Source of the DNA: a virus
DNA length: 64,000 bases
Direction: 5' to 3' (one strand)
Virus record (IMG/VR): IMGVR_UViG_3300033146_003848
Location: 1-64,000 of that record
Shown: positions 1-9,513 of the stretch, piece by piece
Layout of the letters: each line of letters opens with the position of its first letter
Position numbering within the stretch: position 1 is the stretch's first letter
Made by a program: the position numbers and the translations under genes
Notes under the pieces: generated by a model
What the model saw: the letters and a program-made list of their open reading frames with translations, nothing else
What the model was told of the DNA's origin: nothing
Database searches by the model: none

Positions 1-138
1 TGGATCCGTCTCGACGAATTTCTTGAATTCCGACTTCGTCATCACTTTGTCCACGTTTCGTTTGATATAAAAGTCATCCTCACTCATGGCTTCATTTATC
101 ATCATCTCATATAAGTAATCTGGTCGAAACCTCTTCAT
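1..138 (-). CDS. Hypothetical protein, 5' part only (runs off the window start)
   Basis: ATG at 138 with AGGAGA RBS; reads MKRFRPDYLYEMMINEAMSEDD...; ACTAAATA late-type box upstream (172-179). Not in the ORF track. Confidence 0.6.
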   Translation of the reverse strand, partial: MKRFRPDYLYEMMINEAMSEDDFYIKRNVDKVMTKSEFKKFVETDP

Positions 139-231
139 AAGTATATCTCCTCTATTGTAAAATAATATTATTATTTAGTGGTTTCAAGAAACAATAAATA
201 AATATATGATTAATAAGTAGAGAGAATAGAA

Positions 232-552
232 ATGTCAAATGAAAATAGTATGATATTTTATCATGGAACATCATTTGATAATTGGACTTCAATTCAAAAT
301 GAAGGTGTATTATGGGGTAAGACTACTTGTTGGTCAGAGGGAGTAGGTTGGCATGAATCTAAGAGATATACATATTTAACTCCGCATATTGAAATTGCTA
401 GAGAGTTTGGAGACATACTTTTAGCAGTGGAATATACTCCAATCAAAGATTCAACTGATGATAATTATGGATTCAATCCTCCTGAAGGAGAAACATGCTG
501 GCAATTCTCAGTCTTTGTGCCAATATTGATTTCTAACATCAGACGAATCTAA
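232..552 (+). CDS. Small ADP-ribosyltransferase-fold protein (H-Y type)
   Basis: FYHGTS ... YLTPHIEIAREFG matches the YHGT..YLT...A..Y/F signature of small phage ART/Tpt1-like proteins. Confidence 0.55.
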   Translation: MSNENSMIFYHGTSFDNWTSIQNEGVLWGKTTCWSEGVGWHESKRYTYLTPHIEIAREFGDILLAVEYTPIKDSTDDNYGFNPPEGETCWQFSVFVPILISNIRRI

Positions 553-577
553 TCTGGATATCATTTCGATATAATAT

Positions 578-606
578 TTGACAACATTGATATAATATGA
601 TATACT
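578..606 (+). promoter_or_regulatory. sigma70-type early promoter
   Basis: TTGACA-N17-TATACT with TG extended -10. Confidence 0.75.
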
Positions 607-647
607 TCACATGTAATTAGTTAATAATATAGTTAAGGAGAATAATT

Positions 648-944
648 ATGGCTGGGAGTTTTCATCATATAATTAACGATAGAGGAGATTTCATAGGAAC
701 TTCTTTGATTGATAATTTAGGTGATGCATATGAAGCATTAGAGGAATGTTGGAGTTTCATTCACATTCTATCTAATGGTGACCTAACTAAATTATCAGAT
801 ACTCATATTGAATATTTAAAGCGAACTAATGGTAATTGGAAAGATGCACAAAACGACAACTATATAACTCCATTGGAATACGATGAATCTGAAGAGAACT
901 GTGAAATCGAAAAAACTTGGGAGGAATTCAGTGTTACAAAATAA
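648..944 (+). CDS. Hypothetical protein
   Basis: ORF with AGGAG RBS behind a promoter. Confidence 0.65.
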   Translation: MAGSFHHIINDRGDFIGTSLIDNLGDAYEALEECWSFIHILSNGDLTKLSDTHIEYLKRTNGNWKDAQNDNYITPLEYDESEENCEIEKTWEEFSVTK

Positions 945-2523
945 GAACTTTTATCCTACACCAAAAGAAACTATTAAGTTAATGTGGGATATGGTTGATG
1001 ATAACAAAAATATCCAAAATATATTAGAGCCTCATGGAGGGAAAGGAGATATAATTGAATACATCAACTCAACTTGCCATCGAAATTATAATTACTACAA
1101 AAAAAATATCTCCACTATCGAAAAAGATCCCGATCTAAGAGCATTATTGCAGGGGAAAAAATTTAATGTGATTCATAGTGACTTTCTACAATTCACAGGA
1201 GAAGAACAGTTTGACCTAATTATTGCAAATCCTCCATTTGACGATGGAGTAACACATCTTCAACATGCGATTGATGTTATGTATAATGGACAAATTGTAT
1301 TTCTATTAAATGCTGAGAATCTTAAAAATCCACATACTAATCAAAGAAAACAACTACTTACAAAATTAGAATCTCTAAATGCAACCATTGAATATCACTC
1401 AGATTTATTTAAAACTGCTGAACGGAAAACAAATGTTGAGATTGCACTTATTCACATCAACATCAAGAATAGTATTGAGAGTGACTTATTCGGTAAAGAG
1501 TGGGAATCAGTAAAAGATGTTGAATTAGATTTAGATCCTGATAATGAACTAACTAAATCAAATCAACTCGAAGCATTAGTTGATGCTTATAATGATGAGA
1601 AACAGGTTAATTTAGAATTCATTCAATCTTATTTTAAGAATCGCAATAAATTAATATTTTCAATTTCAGTGATTGATTCTCAAAGTCAAGATATAGAAGA
1701 AGAGGTTCAAAGTTCAGTGAAAGAGTTACTACGACGACTTAGAGAACGTTATTGGAGAAAAGTTTTACAGTTAGATGATATCTCAAAGAAATTGACAGAA
1801 GTCGAGAGGAAGAAGTTTAATGTGAGCATAAAATCCCAAGAAACTATGGAATTTACTATTGAGAATGTTCAGAATTATATACTATACATAATGAAGAATT
1901 ATAATGATATATTAGGAGACGCTGTTCAGGAAACATTTGAATATATGACTGAAAGATATGCATATAATGAAGAATATGGAAAAAACATTCACTACTTCAA
2001 TGGATGGAAAACTAATAAGGCATTCTTTGTGAATAAGAAGATTATATTGCCAAGAATTATGAGTTATGGAGATGCATTTAGAGATTTGATGGATAAAAAA
2101 TGGACTATAGATCGGTATTATAATAATTTCCTCGATGATATAGATAAAGTAATGAGTTATTTTGATGGACGAGGAGAATATAAAAGTATTCTTGATGCAT
2201 TAGAAGATGCTTTTAATGAATTCCCTCAAAAAACAAAGAATATTACATCTACATATTTTAAAATATCAATATATAAAAAAGGAACTATCCATTTAACATT
2301 CTTAGATGAAAATATTAGAAGACGTTTTAATATTTTCGCATGTCAACGGAAAAATATGTTACCTCACGACTACTCAAAAAAACCATTTGATGAATTATCA
2401 AAAGAACAGCAAAGTGTAGTTGAGGAATTCGAAGGGAAAACTAATTATAATAAGCGATTAAATCAAATTGGATTCATATCAAAAGCATTGCCGCAAATTG
2501 CATTTGTTGGAGATTCGAAATGA
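883..2523 (+). CDS. N6-adenine DNA methyltransferase with DUF4942-like C-terminal region
   Basis: FYPTP, ILEPHGGKG (SAM motif I), IIANPPF (motif IV); C-terminal GWKTN and YKKGTIHL. Confidence 0.8.
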   Translation: MNLKRTVKSKKLGRNSVLQNKNFYPTPKETIKLMWDMVDDNKNIQNILEPHGGKGDIIEYINSTCHRNYNYYKKNISTIEKDPDLRALLQGKKFNVIHSDFLQFTGEEQFDLIIANPPFDDGVTHLQHAIDVMYNGQIVFLLNAENLKNPHTNQRKQLLTKLESLNATIEYHSDLFKTAERKTNVEIALIHINIKNSIESDLFGKEWESVKDVELDLDPDNELTKSNQLEALVDAYNDEKQVNLEFIQSYFKNRNKLIFSISVIDSQSQDIEEEVQSSVKELLRRLRERYWRKVLQLDDISKKLTEVERKKFNVSIKSQETMEFTIENVQNYILYIMKNYNDILGDAVQETFEYMTERYAYNEEYGKNIHYFNGWKTNKAFFVNKKIILPRIMSYGDAFRDLMDKKWTIDRYYNNFLDDIDKVMSYFDGRGEYKSILDALEDAFNEFPQKTKNITSTYFKISIYKKGTIHLTFLDENIRRRFNIFACQRKNMLPHDYSKKPFDELSKEQQSVVEEFEGKTNYNKRLNQIGFISKALPQIAFVGDSK

Positions 2524-3188
2524 GTAAATATCTTAAATCTAAATTCGAAGAAATAAAATTCGAATCTCCAATAACATTTAAAAATTTATCAAAATTCGTG
2601 GGAGTTTATAATATAGACGATCTCATTACAGCATTATGTCAAGGAACATATGATTCTCGTAATTTTTTATTGCAATATGGAATTTTAGACGATCATGTTA
2701 ATTTACATGACATTCATTCATTCCAAACTAACATTAGCAATCTGGAGTCTCAAATAAATGACAGCATTATAGATGAGAATATCATTAGCGAAATGTTTTC
2801 ATTTCAATCGATATTTAAAGCCTTCGGATACTTTTTAACAGAGCGTTTGGACACGCAATTTAGATTATCCAAGGAGAATTTATTATTCATTAATCATTAC
2901 GCTCATTATTATGTATATATTACTAAATATCATTGGCAACAGTTCATTAAAATATTATTTCCAAATCTCGAATTCAATTCTCCCTTTACATTAGATTTAA
3001 ATTTATTTCGTTTCATTGCAAATGAAACTAATTCACTTTCTAATTTCTCCATTAAATTATCGGACGGATCAACAGTCGAACATATTGGATACAATATGAA
3101 TCAAAATATTATTGGAGAAACATACCAATTCAATGACTCCATAATTGTCCATCGACACCCATTATCAATAAAAAATAAAATCATTTAA
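2520..3188 (+). CDS. Hypothetical protein (paralog of 3202-3876)
   Basis: Shares FLxQYGI, KAFGxFL, YITxYHW and EHIG with the next ORF. Confidence 0.7.
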   Translation: MSKYLKSKFEEIKFESPITFKNLSKFVGVYNIDDLITALCQGTYDSRNFLLQYGILDDHVNLHDIHSFQTNISNLESQINDSIIDENIISEMFSFQSIFKAFGYFLTERLDTQFRLSKENLLFINHYAHYYVYITKYHWQQFIKILFPNLEFNSPFTLDLNLFRFIANETNSLSNFSIKLSDGSTVEHIGYNMNQNIIGETYQFNDSIIVHRHPLSIKNKII

Positions 3189-3201
3189 AAGGAGCATTAA
3201 T

Positions 3202-3876
3202 ATGAAACAAGATGATACCTTATTTTCAACACTTGAGCGAGAAACTCCCAAAATATTTAGAGCATTCATTAACAATTTAAATTATAATGGAACTTATGCT
3301 CAGATATTAAGATATTTGAAATTAGAAAAATATGAGATGAACACATTCCTCCAACAATATGGAATTCATCATGATTCAGTTGATTTACTCAATGAAACAA
3401 CATTTAAACAGCAAATGATTGAGTTAGAAGCCGATATAAATAATAGTAAAAGTTTTAATGATGAATATTTAGTAATTTCCGAATATCATTCTACATGGAA
3501 AGCCTTTGGGTTCTTTTTATCGGGGGAAACTAACGGAAACTTTAAGATAAATAAGTTAGGACATTTAATATATAGATATCAATCTAGCGAGAAATATCTA
3601 TATATCACCGAATATCATTGGTTAGAATTCGCAAAAGCAATATCGTCAATTCCCGAAAACGAATATTGCGAGAAAATGACCTCAAATAAATTCTTTTTTG
3701 CTGTGGAGAGTGATGCTAACAAATTAAGTCATTTTAAAATTCAATTTGCAAATGAGCATTATATTGAGCATATTGGAGCAAGAGATGATAGTAGTATTAG
3801 AAATAGAACATTTTCATTTTCAGAACCGCTATACATTATAGAAACTCCATTATGGCAAAAAGACATAGGAGTTTAA
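3202..3876 (+). CDS. Hypothetical protein (paralog of 2520-3188)
   Basis: AGGAG RBS; same shared motifs. Confidence 0.7.
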   Translation: MKQDDTLFSTLERETPKIFRAFINNLNYNGTYAQILRYLKLEKYEMNTFLQQYGIHHDSVDLLNETTFKQQMIELEADINNSKSFNDEYLVISEYHSTWKAFGFFLSGETNGNFKINKLGHLIYRYQSSEKYLYITEYHWLEFAKAISSIPENEYCEKMTSNKFFFAVESDANKLSHFKIQFANEHYIEHIGARDDSSIRNRTFSFSEPLYIIETPLWQKDIGV

Positions 3877-4022
3877 ATTATGATTGCTAAAAAACAAAAC
3901 GAGCGAATTATTTAAGAAAAATACAATTGTAGAGTTAGTGAGGAAATTCAACTCTCAATAAACACATGACTCCTGAAAATTAATAAATAATATTACATTA
4001 TTATTAATTATAGGAGTTTCGA

Positions 4023-4652
4023 ATGAACACATTCAAACAATATTTTATCGAATCATTAAAAATTGAACAATTTATCACAAAGGAGATGGAGGATCATTAT
4101 ATAGCAAGAACTCTAACTCACATAGATCATGTTCAAAAAAATGCTCACAGATTACTAAAACTGTTTCAAGTCAATGACGATGAAAAATTCAACTTCCTTT
4201 CACAAGTCAATGAGCATGATGCATCTAAATTTAAAAATCCGGAGCGAGATTTATACATTTTAATCAATTGGAAATATCACATTGAAGAAGATGCATTTAG
4301 AAAGTTAAATTTACCCAAATGGCTTTTAAATGAGATGACAAAAATCACTGAATATCATGTTAAGCACAATTCTCATCATCCTGAATATTGGGATGATAGT
4401 CTTATTAGTGGATTTATTAATCCAGAAAATAGAGACGATATTCCTGAGATTATGATAGATGCTACTGCTATGAATAAGATTAGTATTATGGAAATGATTT
4501 GCGATTGGGTTTCAGTATCTCAAGAAAGAGGGAGTGATCCTAGAGACTGGGCAGAGATGAATATAGGTAAACGTTGGAAGTTCTCAGAAACTCAAATAAA
4601 CTTAATATTCAATATCATAGACTTATTGAAGGAGTCAAATGATGTCAAATAA
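4023..4652 (+). CDS. HD-like metal-dependent phosphohydrolase (DUF5662-like) with a capsid-targeting-like N-terminus
   Basis: H..HV, HDASK, HVKHNSHHPEYW, EMICDW; starts MNTFKQYFIE; AATAAATA box at 3982-3989. Confidence 0.7.
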   Translation: MNTFKQYFIESLKIEQFITKEMEDHYIARTLTHIDHVQKNAHRLLKLFQVNDDEKFNFLSQVNEHDASKFKNPERDLYILINWKYHIEEDAFRKLNLPKWLLNEMTKITEYHVKHNSHHPEYWDDSLISGFINPENRDDIPEIMIDATAMNKISIMEMICDWVSVSQERGSDPRDWAEMNIGKRWKFSETQINLIFNIIDLLKESNDVK

Positions 4653-5238
4653 ATATCAAGATGCCTTGGTGAATGTAAATCTTCAACAGAGTAATGATTT
4701 TCTTATGATCATAGAAGGCGATGAGCGAATGAATATAAAGGATGTTACATATAGAATTCGAAACTTCCCGATCCCCGAAATGAGTATTCCAAAAATCATG
4801 GTACCAACTCAAATAAATAAAATTCCATATCCCGGACAAGGTTCAATGTCATATGGGGATTTAGTTGCTGAGATACTAGTTGATGATAATCTTAATAACT
4901 ATCAAGAAATCATGAAATGGATATATAGACTCAAGAATCCAGAATATTTATTTAGTATCGAAAATAATGGAGATAATTTTCTAAGTAAACCTTCGAATAA
5001 CAACTATCACAATTTAAAATTAACAGATCAATATCCTATGGACTATAGAGATATTAGTGTTTTGATTGCCGACACTAATGGTCAATTCGTTAAACGGGTT
5101 CTTTTTTCAGATTCATTCCCATATCAAATGGGAAGTTTACAGATGAATGCTCAGGCGGCTGACTATCAAACAGTATCTATCAATTTTGCATTTTCTCTCA
5201 TGACAATTTGGGATTCTGAAGGTAATCAATTAGTTTAA
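4639..5238 (+). CDS. T4 gp3-like tail completion / sheath stabilizer (tail-tube fold)
   Basis: PGQGSMSYGDLVAEILVDDNLNNYQEIMKWI and FSDSFP motifs of the gp3 family. Confidence 0.7.
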   Translation: MMSNKYQDALVNVNLQQSNDFLMIIEGDERMNIKDVTYRIRNFPIPEMSIPKIMVPTQINKIPYPGQGSMSYGDLVAEILVDDNLNNYQEIMKWIYRLKNPEYLFSIENNGDNFLSKPSNNNYHNLKLTDQYPMDYRDISVLIADTNGQFVKRVLFSDSFPYQMGSLQMNAQAADYQTVSINFAFSLMTIWDSEGNQLV

Positions 5239-5523
5239 TTTCTTCTTTGATTCAATGAGGGTTTGGAGAAATTCATTTGACATCGAGTTCATCATTCGAT
5301 TAAATCTTAGCCACAACTGTTGTCTATCGTTATCTGTAACAAATGCTAAGCCAGTGGAATATTCAGAAATAGTGAAAGTATCATCGGTTAAATTCATAGC
5401 AGGATGTAATATAAAATCATATTCCAATGCATCTATTAATTTAGATTGTATTTTGACACCATGGACAATCTCCTTTTGAAATTGTCCATTTCGTCGACAG
5501 TGAATATTAAATGATAATGTCAT
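5230..5523 (-). CDS. Hypothetical protein
   Basis: Last ORF of an overlapping minus-strand operon. Confidence 0.6.
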   Translation of the reverse strand: MTLSFNIHCRRNGQFQKEIVHGVKIQSKLIDALEYDFILHPAMNLTDDTFTISEYSTGLAFVTDNDRQQLWLRFNRMMNSMSNEFLQTLIESKKKLN

Positions 5524-5752
5524 TTAGAGGTCTCTCTGAGAATTGTTCTGTACATGTAATAGGATCTGGACTAAAATCTCGTATATTTGGTATAGAATCT
5601 ATTGGATTAGGTAGAGATATAGAAGTTGATTTTAGAAGTTCTTTAATTTTGACATCATCGTCTTCAAAAATCACAAAATTCTCATCATTTTTCAAATTAA
5701 TTTTGATCTCTAATGACTCTATATTATTAATTAACAGATCAAGTATTTTCAT
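5507..5752 (-). CDS. Hypothetical protein
   Basis: Coupled to neighbours (TAATG overlap), GGAG RBS. Confidence 0.6.
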   Translation of the reverse strand: MKILDLLINNIESLEIKINLKNDENFVIFEDDDVKIKELLKSTSISLPNPIDSIPNIRDFSPDPITCTEQFSERPLNDIII

Positions 5753-6069
5753 TAAAATGTTTCTCCATTAATACTCTCATCAAATATTAAGTCTAAATTA
5801 ACCTTTTTAACTCCAAAAAATGATTGTGAGATTTTCAATTCTTCACCATCTTTCACTAATTTAAAAGACATCTTATTCATAAGAATATCAAGAGGCTTTA
5901 ATGTGACTTCGAGTTCGTCGACATTACTAACTATAGTTTCAAATCCCTCAGATATAATAGTGAATTTGCCACCATCATATATCATTTTTCCCATACTAGC
6001 ATCTTCAATATCATAAGTTGCTGTAACCTTAGATTCTCTATCAAATAAATACTTCGTCGCTTTTCCCAT
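5752..6069 (-). CDS. Hypothetical protein (true start probably MGKATK at 6069)
   Basis: GGAGAA RBS before the ATG at 6069. Confidence 0.6.
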   Translation of the reverse strand: MGKATKYLFDRESKVTATYDIEDASMGKMIYDGGKFTIISEGFETIVSNVDELEVTLKPLDILMNKMSFKLVKDGEELKISQSFFGVKKVNLDLIFDESINGETF

Positions 6070-6070
6070 C

Positions 6071-6682
6071 TTAATTCTCCTTTTTTGTTTTAGATTTTGT
6101 TTTTTTAACTTTTTTTGTCGGTTCTGTATCGTATCCAATTGCGAATTGCTCAAATAATTTAGTATCAATCAATTTATCTATATCTTCATTAATCATATCA
6201 ATATTTTTTTGATTGAAACGTGACTTAATCACATCATCAATTCGTTCAATTATTTCAATGTCAGAGTTACATATTGTCGCTCTATTCATTTTCACTCTAA
6301 ATCTTAAATGATTGTCAGTTATCATAACTTCTTCAATATGAGGATAGTCTCTAGGCATTACTACCATATTATTATCTTTAAACTTCTTATTATCGACATT
6401 AATAATCATGACAACTGGAATTTCATTTCCTGCTGAATCAAAATCAGTAGTCATCTGAATCGCAAATTCATCATCACGTTCAGAATCATGATCTATAGCA
6501 ATAGCATCGTAAAAGTTCAATAAAATATGATTAATATATTTTACATGTCCCTTAAAATCATAAAGAACTTCTAGTTTATCCAAATTCTCTTCATCTTTCC
6601 CTATAAATTTCCCAGACTTATTAATTTTAAGTCCCGTTGTGGGATTAAACTTATCTATCATTCTCTCAACATGTTTTTTCAT
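6071..6682 (-). CDS. Hypothetical protein
   Basis: GAGG RBS; co-oriented in the operon. Confidence 0.65.
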   Translation of the reverse strand: MKKHVERMIDKFNPTTGLKINKSGKFIGKDEENLDKLEVLYDFKGHVKYINHILLNFYDAIAIDHDSERDDEFAIQMTTDFDSAGNEIPVVMIINVDNKKFKDNNMVVMPRDYPHIEEVMITDNHLRFRVKMNRATICNSDIEIIERIDDVIKSRFNQKNIDMINEDIDKLIDTKLFEQFAIGYDTEPTKKVKKTKSKTKKEN

Positions 6683-6691
6683 AATTTCCTC

Positions 6692-7315
6692 TTAAAAAAT
6701 TGTATTATCTATTTCAATATCTATTTCATCATCAGATGTCGCTAGAATAGTACTCATACCTAAGAATGTGAACTTTTTATTATCCCATTCAATATTTATC
6801 CCTCTAGTGCTATCAAATAACACTGTTTCGCCAACTTCTATTCCAAAGTCATCATATTTACCATTAGTAGTAAATCGTCCTCTACCTTTCCTCAAAACAA
6901 TTGCTTTATCTTGTCTTACTCCTTGTGATGCTAGAATAATACCTCCAGCACTTTCTGTTTTATTCTCGGCTTTCACACATAACAAAACATCACTAATAGG
7001 TATCAACTGATTATTTTCATCTATTTTCGCTAAAATTTCAGGTTCCTTGATTATAAATAAAGTTTTACCTTCAATTTCAATTTCTTCTCCAGAATGTTTA
7101 GCAAAAAGAACATGATCACCAGTTTTTACATCAAAGGGAAATAGATGATCTAAAATCACATTTCCTTTACCTAAACTTATAATCTTCCCTTCATAATGTT
7201 GTTCGTGATTTTCATTCACATTAAAGTAAATTCCACCAGGACTAACACGATCTCTCTTAAACTTCTCAATAATAATTTTATCACCTATCGCTCTCAACTG
7301 CATATCATCCCTCAC
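6692..7315 (-). CDS. groES: Co-chaperonin with two tandem GroES domains
   Basis: Domain 1: LRAIGDKIII..SPGGIYF..VKTGDHVLFAKHSG..EPEILAKI. Domain 2: LIPISDVLL..SAGGIIL..VGETVLF..ILA. Confidence 0.85.
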   Translation of the reverse strand: MRDDMQLRAIGDKIIIEKFKRDRVSPGGIYFNVNENHEQHYEGKIISLGKGNVILDHLFPFDVKTGDHVLFAKHSGEEIEIEGKTLFIIKEPEILAKIDENNQLIPISDVLLCVKAENKTESAGGIILASQGVRQDKAIVLRKGRGRFTTNGKYDDFGIEVGETVLFDSTRGINIEWDNKKFTFLGMSTILATSDDEIDIEIDNTIF

Positions 7316-7376
7316 TTTAAATTGTTACTATATAGTATATCATCTTTAATAAATTATATATAATTAAAAAGACCTA

Positions 7377-8483
7377 TCACATCAATTCTATATTTTGACC
7401 CATTTCATTCTTCGTTTTTTGATAAAATCGCATAAACATTTTAAAAAATATTTCTTTATTTGGGAATTCCAATTCATCATTAATATATTTCTCTAGTAAA
7501 CTTTCCATTGACAATCCCAATTGATTTTCATCTACATTATCATCAAAGTCAGCAATCATCTTATTGAATGAGTTTACAAGAATAACATTATGTCCGATTA
7601 CAGATAACTTATCCATAAATGATATAACTAAATCTTTTAATGTTTCTTTATGATAATGGATTTTATATATTTTTTTATATTCATCATCATCTATAATATA
7701 TTCATTAATGCTCTTTTTAGTTTTAAAATTTAAAAATTCAAATATATTATGTGGATTTGCAATGAAAGTTTCAATATTTGTGTCTAAATCTAATTCATAA
7801 AACCCCAACTTTTCTCCATATTCAGACCAAGTTAATTGATATGGAACTCCTACGTAATTAGTAAACTTGCTCTTTTGAGGACTATGAAAGTGTCCAGAAT
7901 ATATTTTTATTGTATTTGGAAACTTTAAAATTAAATCCGTTTCAGATAAACTTCTATCATCATCATTAGCAATAGTAGCATTAAATTTAAAATTAAATAA
8001 TTCGAAATGACCATAAATTCGTTTGACTTTTTTTCGAACGGTGATATCGATCTCATCAAATAAATCTAAATACTCTTCCCTAGAATTTCTCCAATTTACA
8101 TAAAGATTATCAGTAGTCTCATCAAATGAATATCCTTGAAACATTTTAGTATTCGGAATTATTTCATCTAGCATTAATTCAGATGCACTTAATTCATATG
8201 AGTTTCTAAAATATAAATCGTGATTTCCTACAATGATATTAATTTTATGAAAAAGGTGTTGTAGATTTTGGAATAAATGAAAAATTTGATGCATTGTTTT
8301 AATGTTCATCACTCTTCTATTATGAAAAATATCTCCTAAAAATACTAATTCATATTCATTCGGATCTTTATCTTTCATGTGATGGAATAGAACTTCCTCG
8401 AAAAATTTATTTTGATATGTTATGAAATTCTGATTACTATCTTTAATCCCTAAATGTAAATCTCCAATGATTATTTGTTTCAT
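7377..8483 (-). CDS. gp47-like recombination endonuclease subunit (Mre11/SbcD)
   Basis: GDLHLG, LGDIFH, GNHD, GHFE and SGHFH metallophosphoesterase motifs. Confidence 0.9.
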   Translation of the reverse strand: MKQIIIGDLHLGIKDSNQNFITYQNKFFEEVLFHHMKDKDPNEYELVFLGDIFHNRRVMNIKTMHQIFHLFQNLQHLFHKINIIVGNHDLYFRNSYELSASELMLDEIIPNTKMFQGYSFDETTDNLYVNWRNSREEYLDLFDEIDITVRKKVKRIYGHFELFNFKFNATIANDDDRSLSETDLILKFPNTIKIYSGHFHSPQKSKFTNYVGVPYQLTWSEYGEKLGFYELDLDTNIETFIANPHNIFEFLNFKTKKSINEYIIDDDEYKKIYKIHYHKETLKDLVISFMDKLSVIGHNVILVNSFNKMIADFDDNVDENQLGLSMESLLEKYINDELEFPNKEIFFKMFMRFYQKTKNEMGQNIELM

Positions 8484-9079
8484 GATGTTTGCTCTTTCAT
8501 TTGTTTTATTTTTTGTTTTCTTTCTTTTTCTTCATTCATAGTTTTCTTTATTTCATTAACGAAAACTTTCCCTTGACTTCTATATGCTTCTTCGTAAAGA
8601 TCCATTTTAAAATTATCAACTTCATATTTCATTTTAATAAATAATAAGAATGCTCTATGAGTTACAGTTGTAAAATATGCAAAAGGATTTAAATGCTCAG
8701 TGTTAAATTTATCCAAGGCTTTCATACAAGCCATATATGCTTCAGATTTCATATCATCCAATTCTTTATATCCATTAAATGAACGTTTTCTCCCATATCT
8801 AGTAATCATTTCAAACAATATATTACTAACCTTTTTATTAATGAGAGATCCTTTAAGTTTATTATATTCTTCTAACATTTCATTACCTTTACCATCAGTT
8901 TCTTTCCAAGTTTTAATATAATTGAATTTTTTTAATTTAGTTAATGTCATCTTTAATGATGGATCAATTCGATTAATTAATTTTACTTTTTTATCCTGAT
9001 ATTTTTTTATTTCCTCTAAAAATTCTGAATTATTCACATAATTACCATTTTTACCTTTTTTTTTCATAATGTCCTCCAA
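8480..9079 (-). CDS. gp55-like late-transcription sigma factor
   Basis: NYVNNSEFL, FNGY..DDMKSEA, NPFAYFT motifs. Confidence 0.88.
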   Translation of the reverse strand: MEDIMKKKGKNGNYVNNSEFLEEIKKYQDKKVKLINRIDPSLKMTLTKLKKFNYIKTWKETDGKGNEMLEEYNKLKGSLINKKVSNILFEMITRYGRKRSFNGYKELDDMKSEAYMACMKALDKFNTEHLNPFAYFTTVTHRAFLLFIKMKYEVDNFKMDLYEEAYRSQGKVFVNEIKKTMNEEKERKQKIKQMKEQTS

Positions 9080-9097
9080 CTTAATTAATAATACTTC

Positions 9098-9126
9098 TAT
9101 ATATCATTTACCCTTTAAATTGTCAA
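9098..9126 (-). promoter_or_regulatory. sigma70-type promoter for gp55-gp47
   Basis: TTGACA-N17-TATATA with TG extension. Confidence 0.6.
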
Positions 9127-9228
9127 TATAAATGTCCTATTAAATTTATATTATATAATGGTCATTTATTTAATTAAAAAACTTTTTTATAGATATATTA
9201 TAATATAAAACAAACCAAGGAGTTTTAA

Positions 9229-9513
9229 TTGAAAAAAAAGAAATTGAATTATTCAGAACCAATAGTTAACTTAATAAATTCATATGTGGAAAAAGGTAAT
9301 TCTTATATTGATTCTATTCTAGAATTAGAATATCATTTAAAAATGGAAGCATATGAGATTGTTGAATTATTACCAGAATATTTAATAAATATTATAAAAA
9401 AAGAATTTATTGAGAAAAATTATAAAATTAATTTGAATAAAACTGATACTAGATTAAAAAAATCAATGAGTAATAAAAAGGATATATCATCTATATTGAG
9501 TATTTTAAAATAA
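9229..9513 (+). CDS. gp33-like late promoter co-activator
   Basis: SYIDSILE..E.YEIVELL pattern, size, and position beside gp55 and gp59. Confidence 0.6.
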   Translation: MKKKKLNYSEPIVNLINSYVEKGNSYIDSILELEYHLKMEAYEIVELLPEYLINIIKKEFIEKNYKINLNKTDTRLKKSMSNKKDISSILSILK

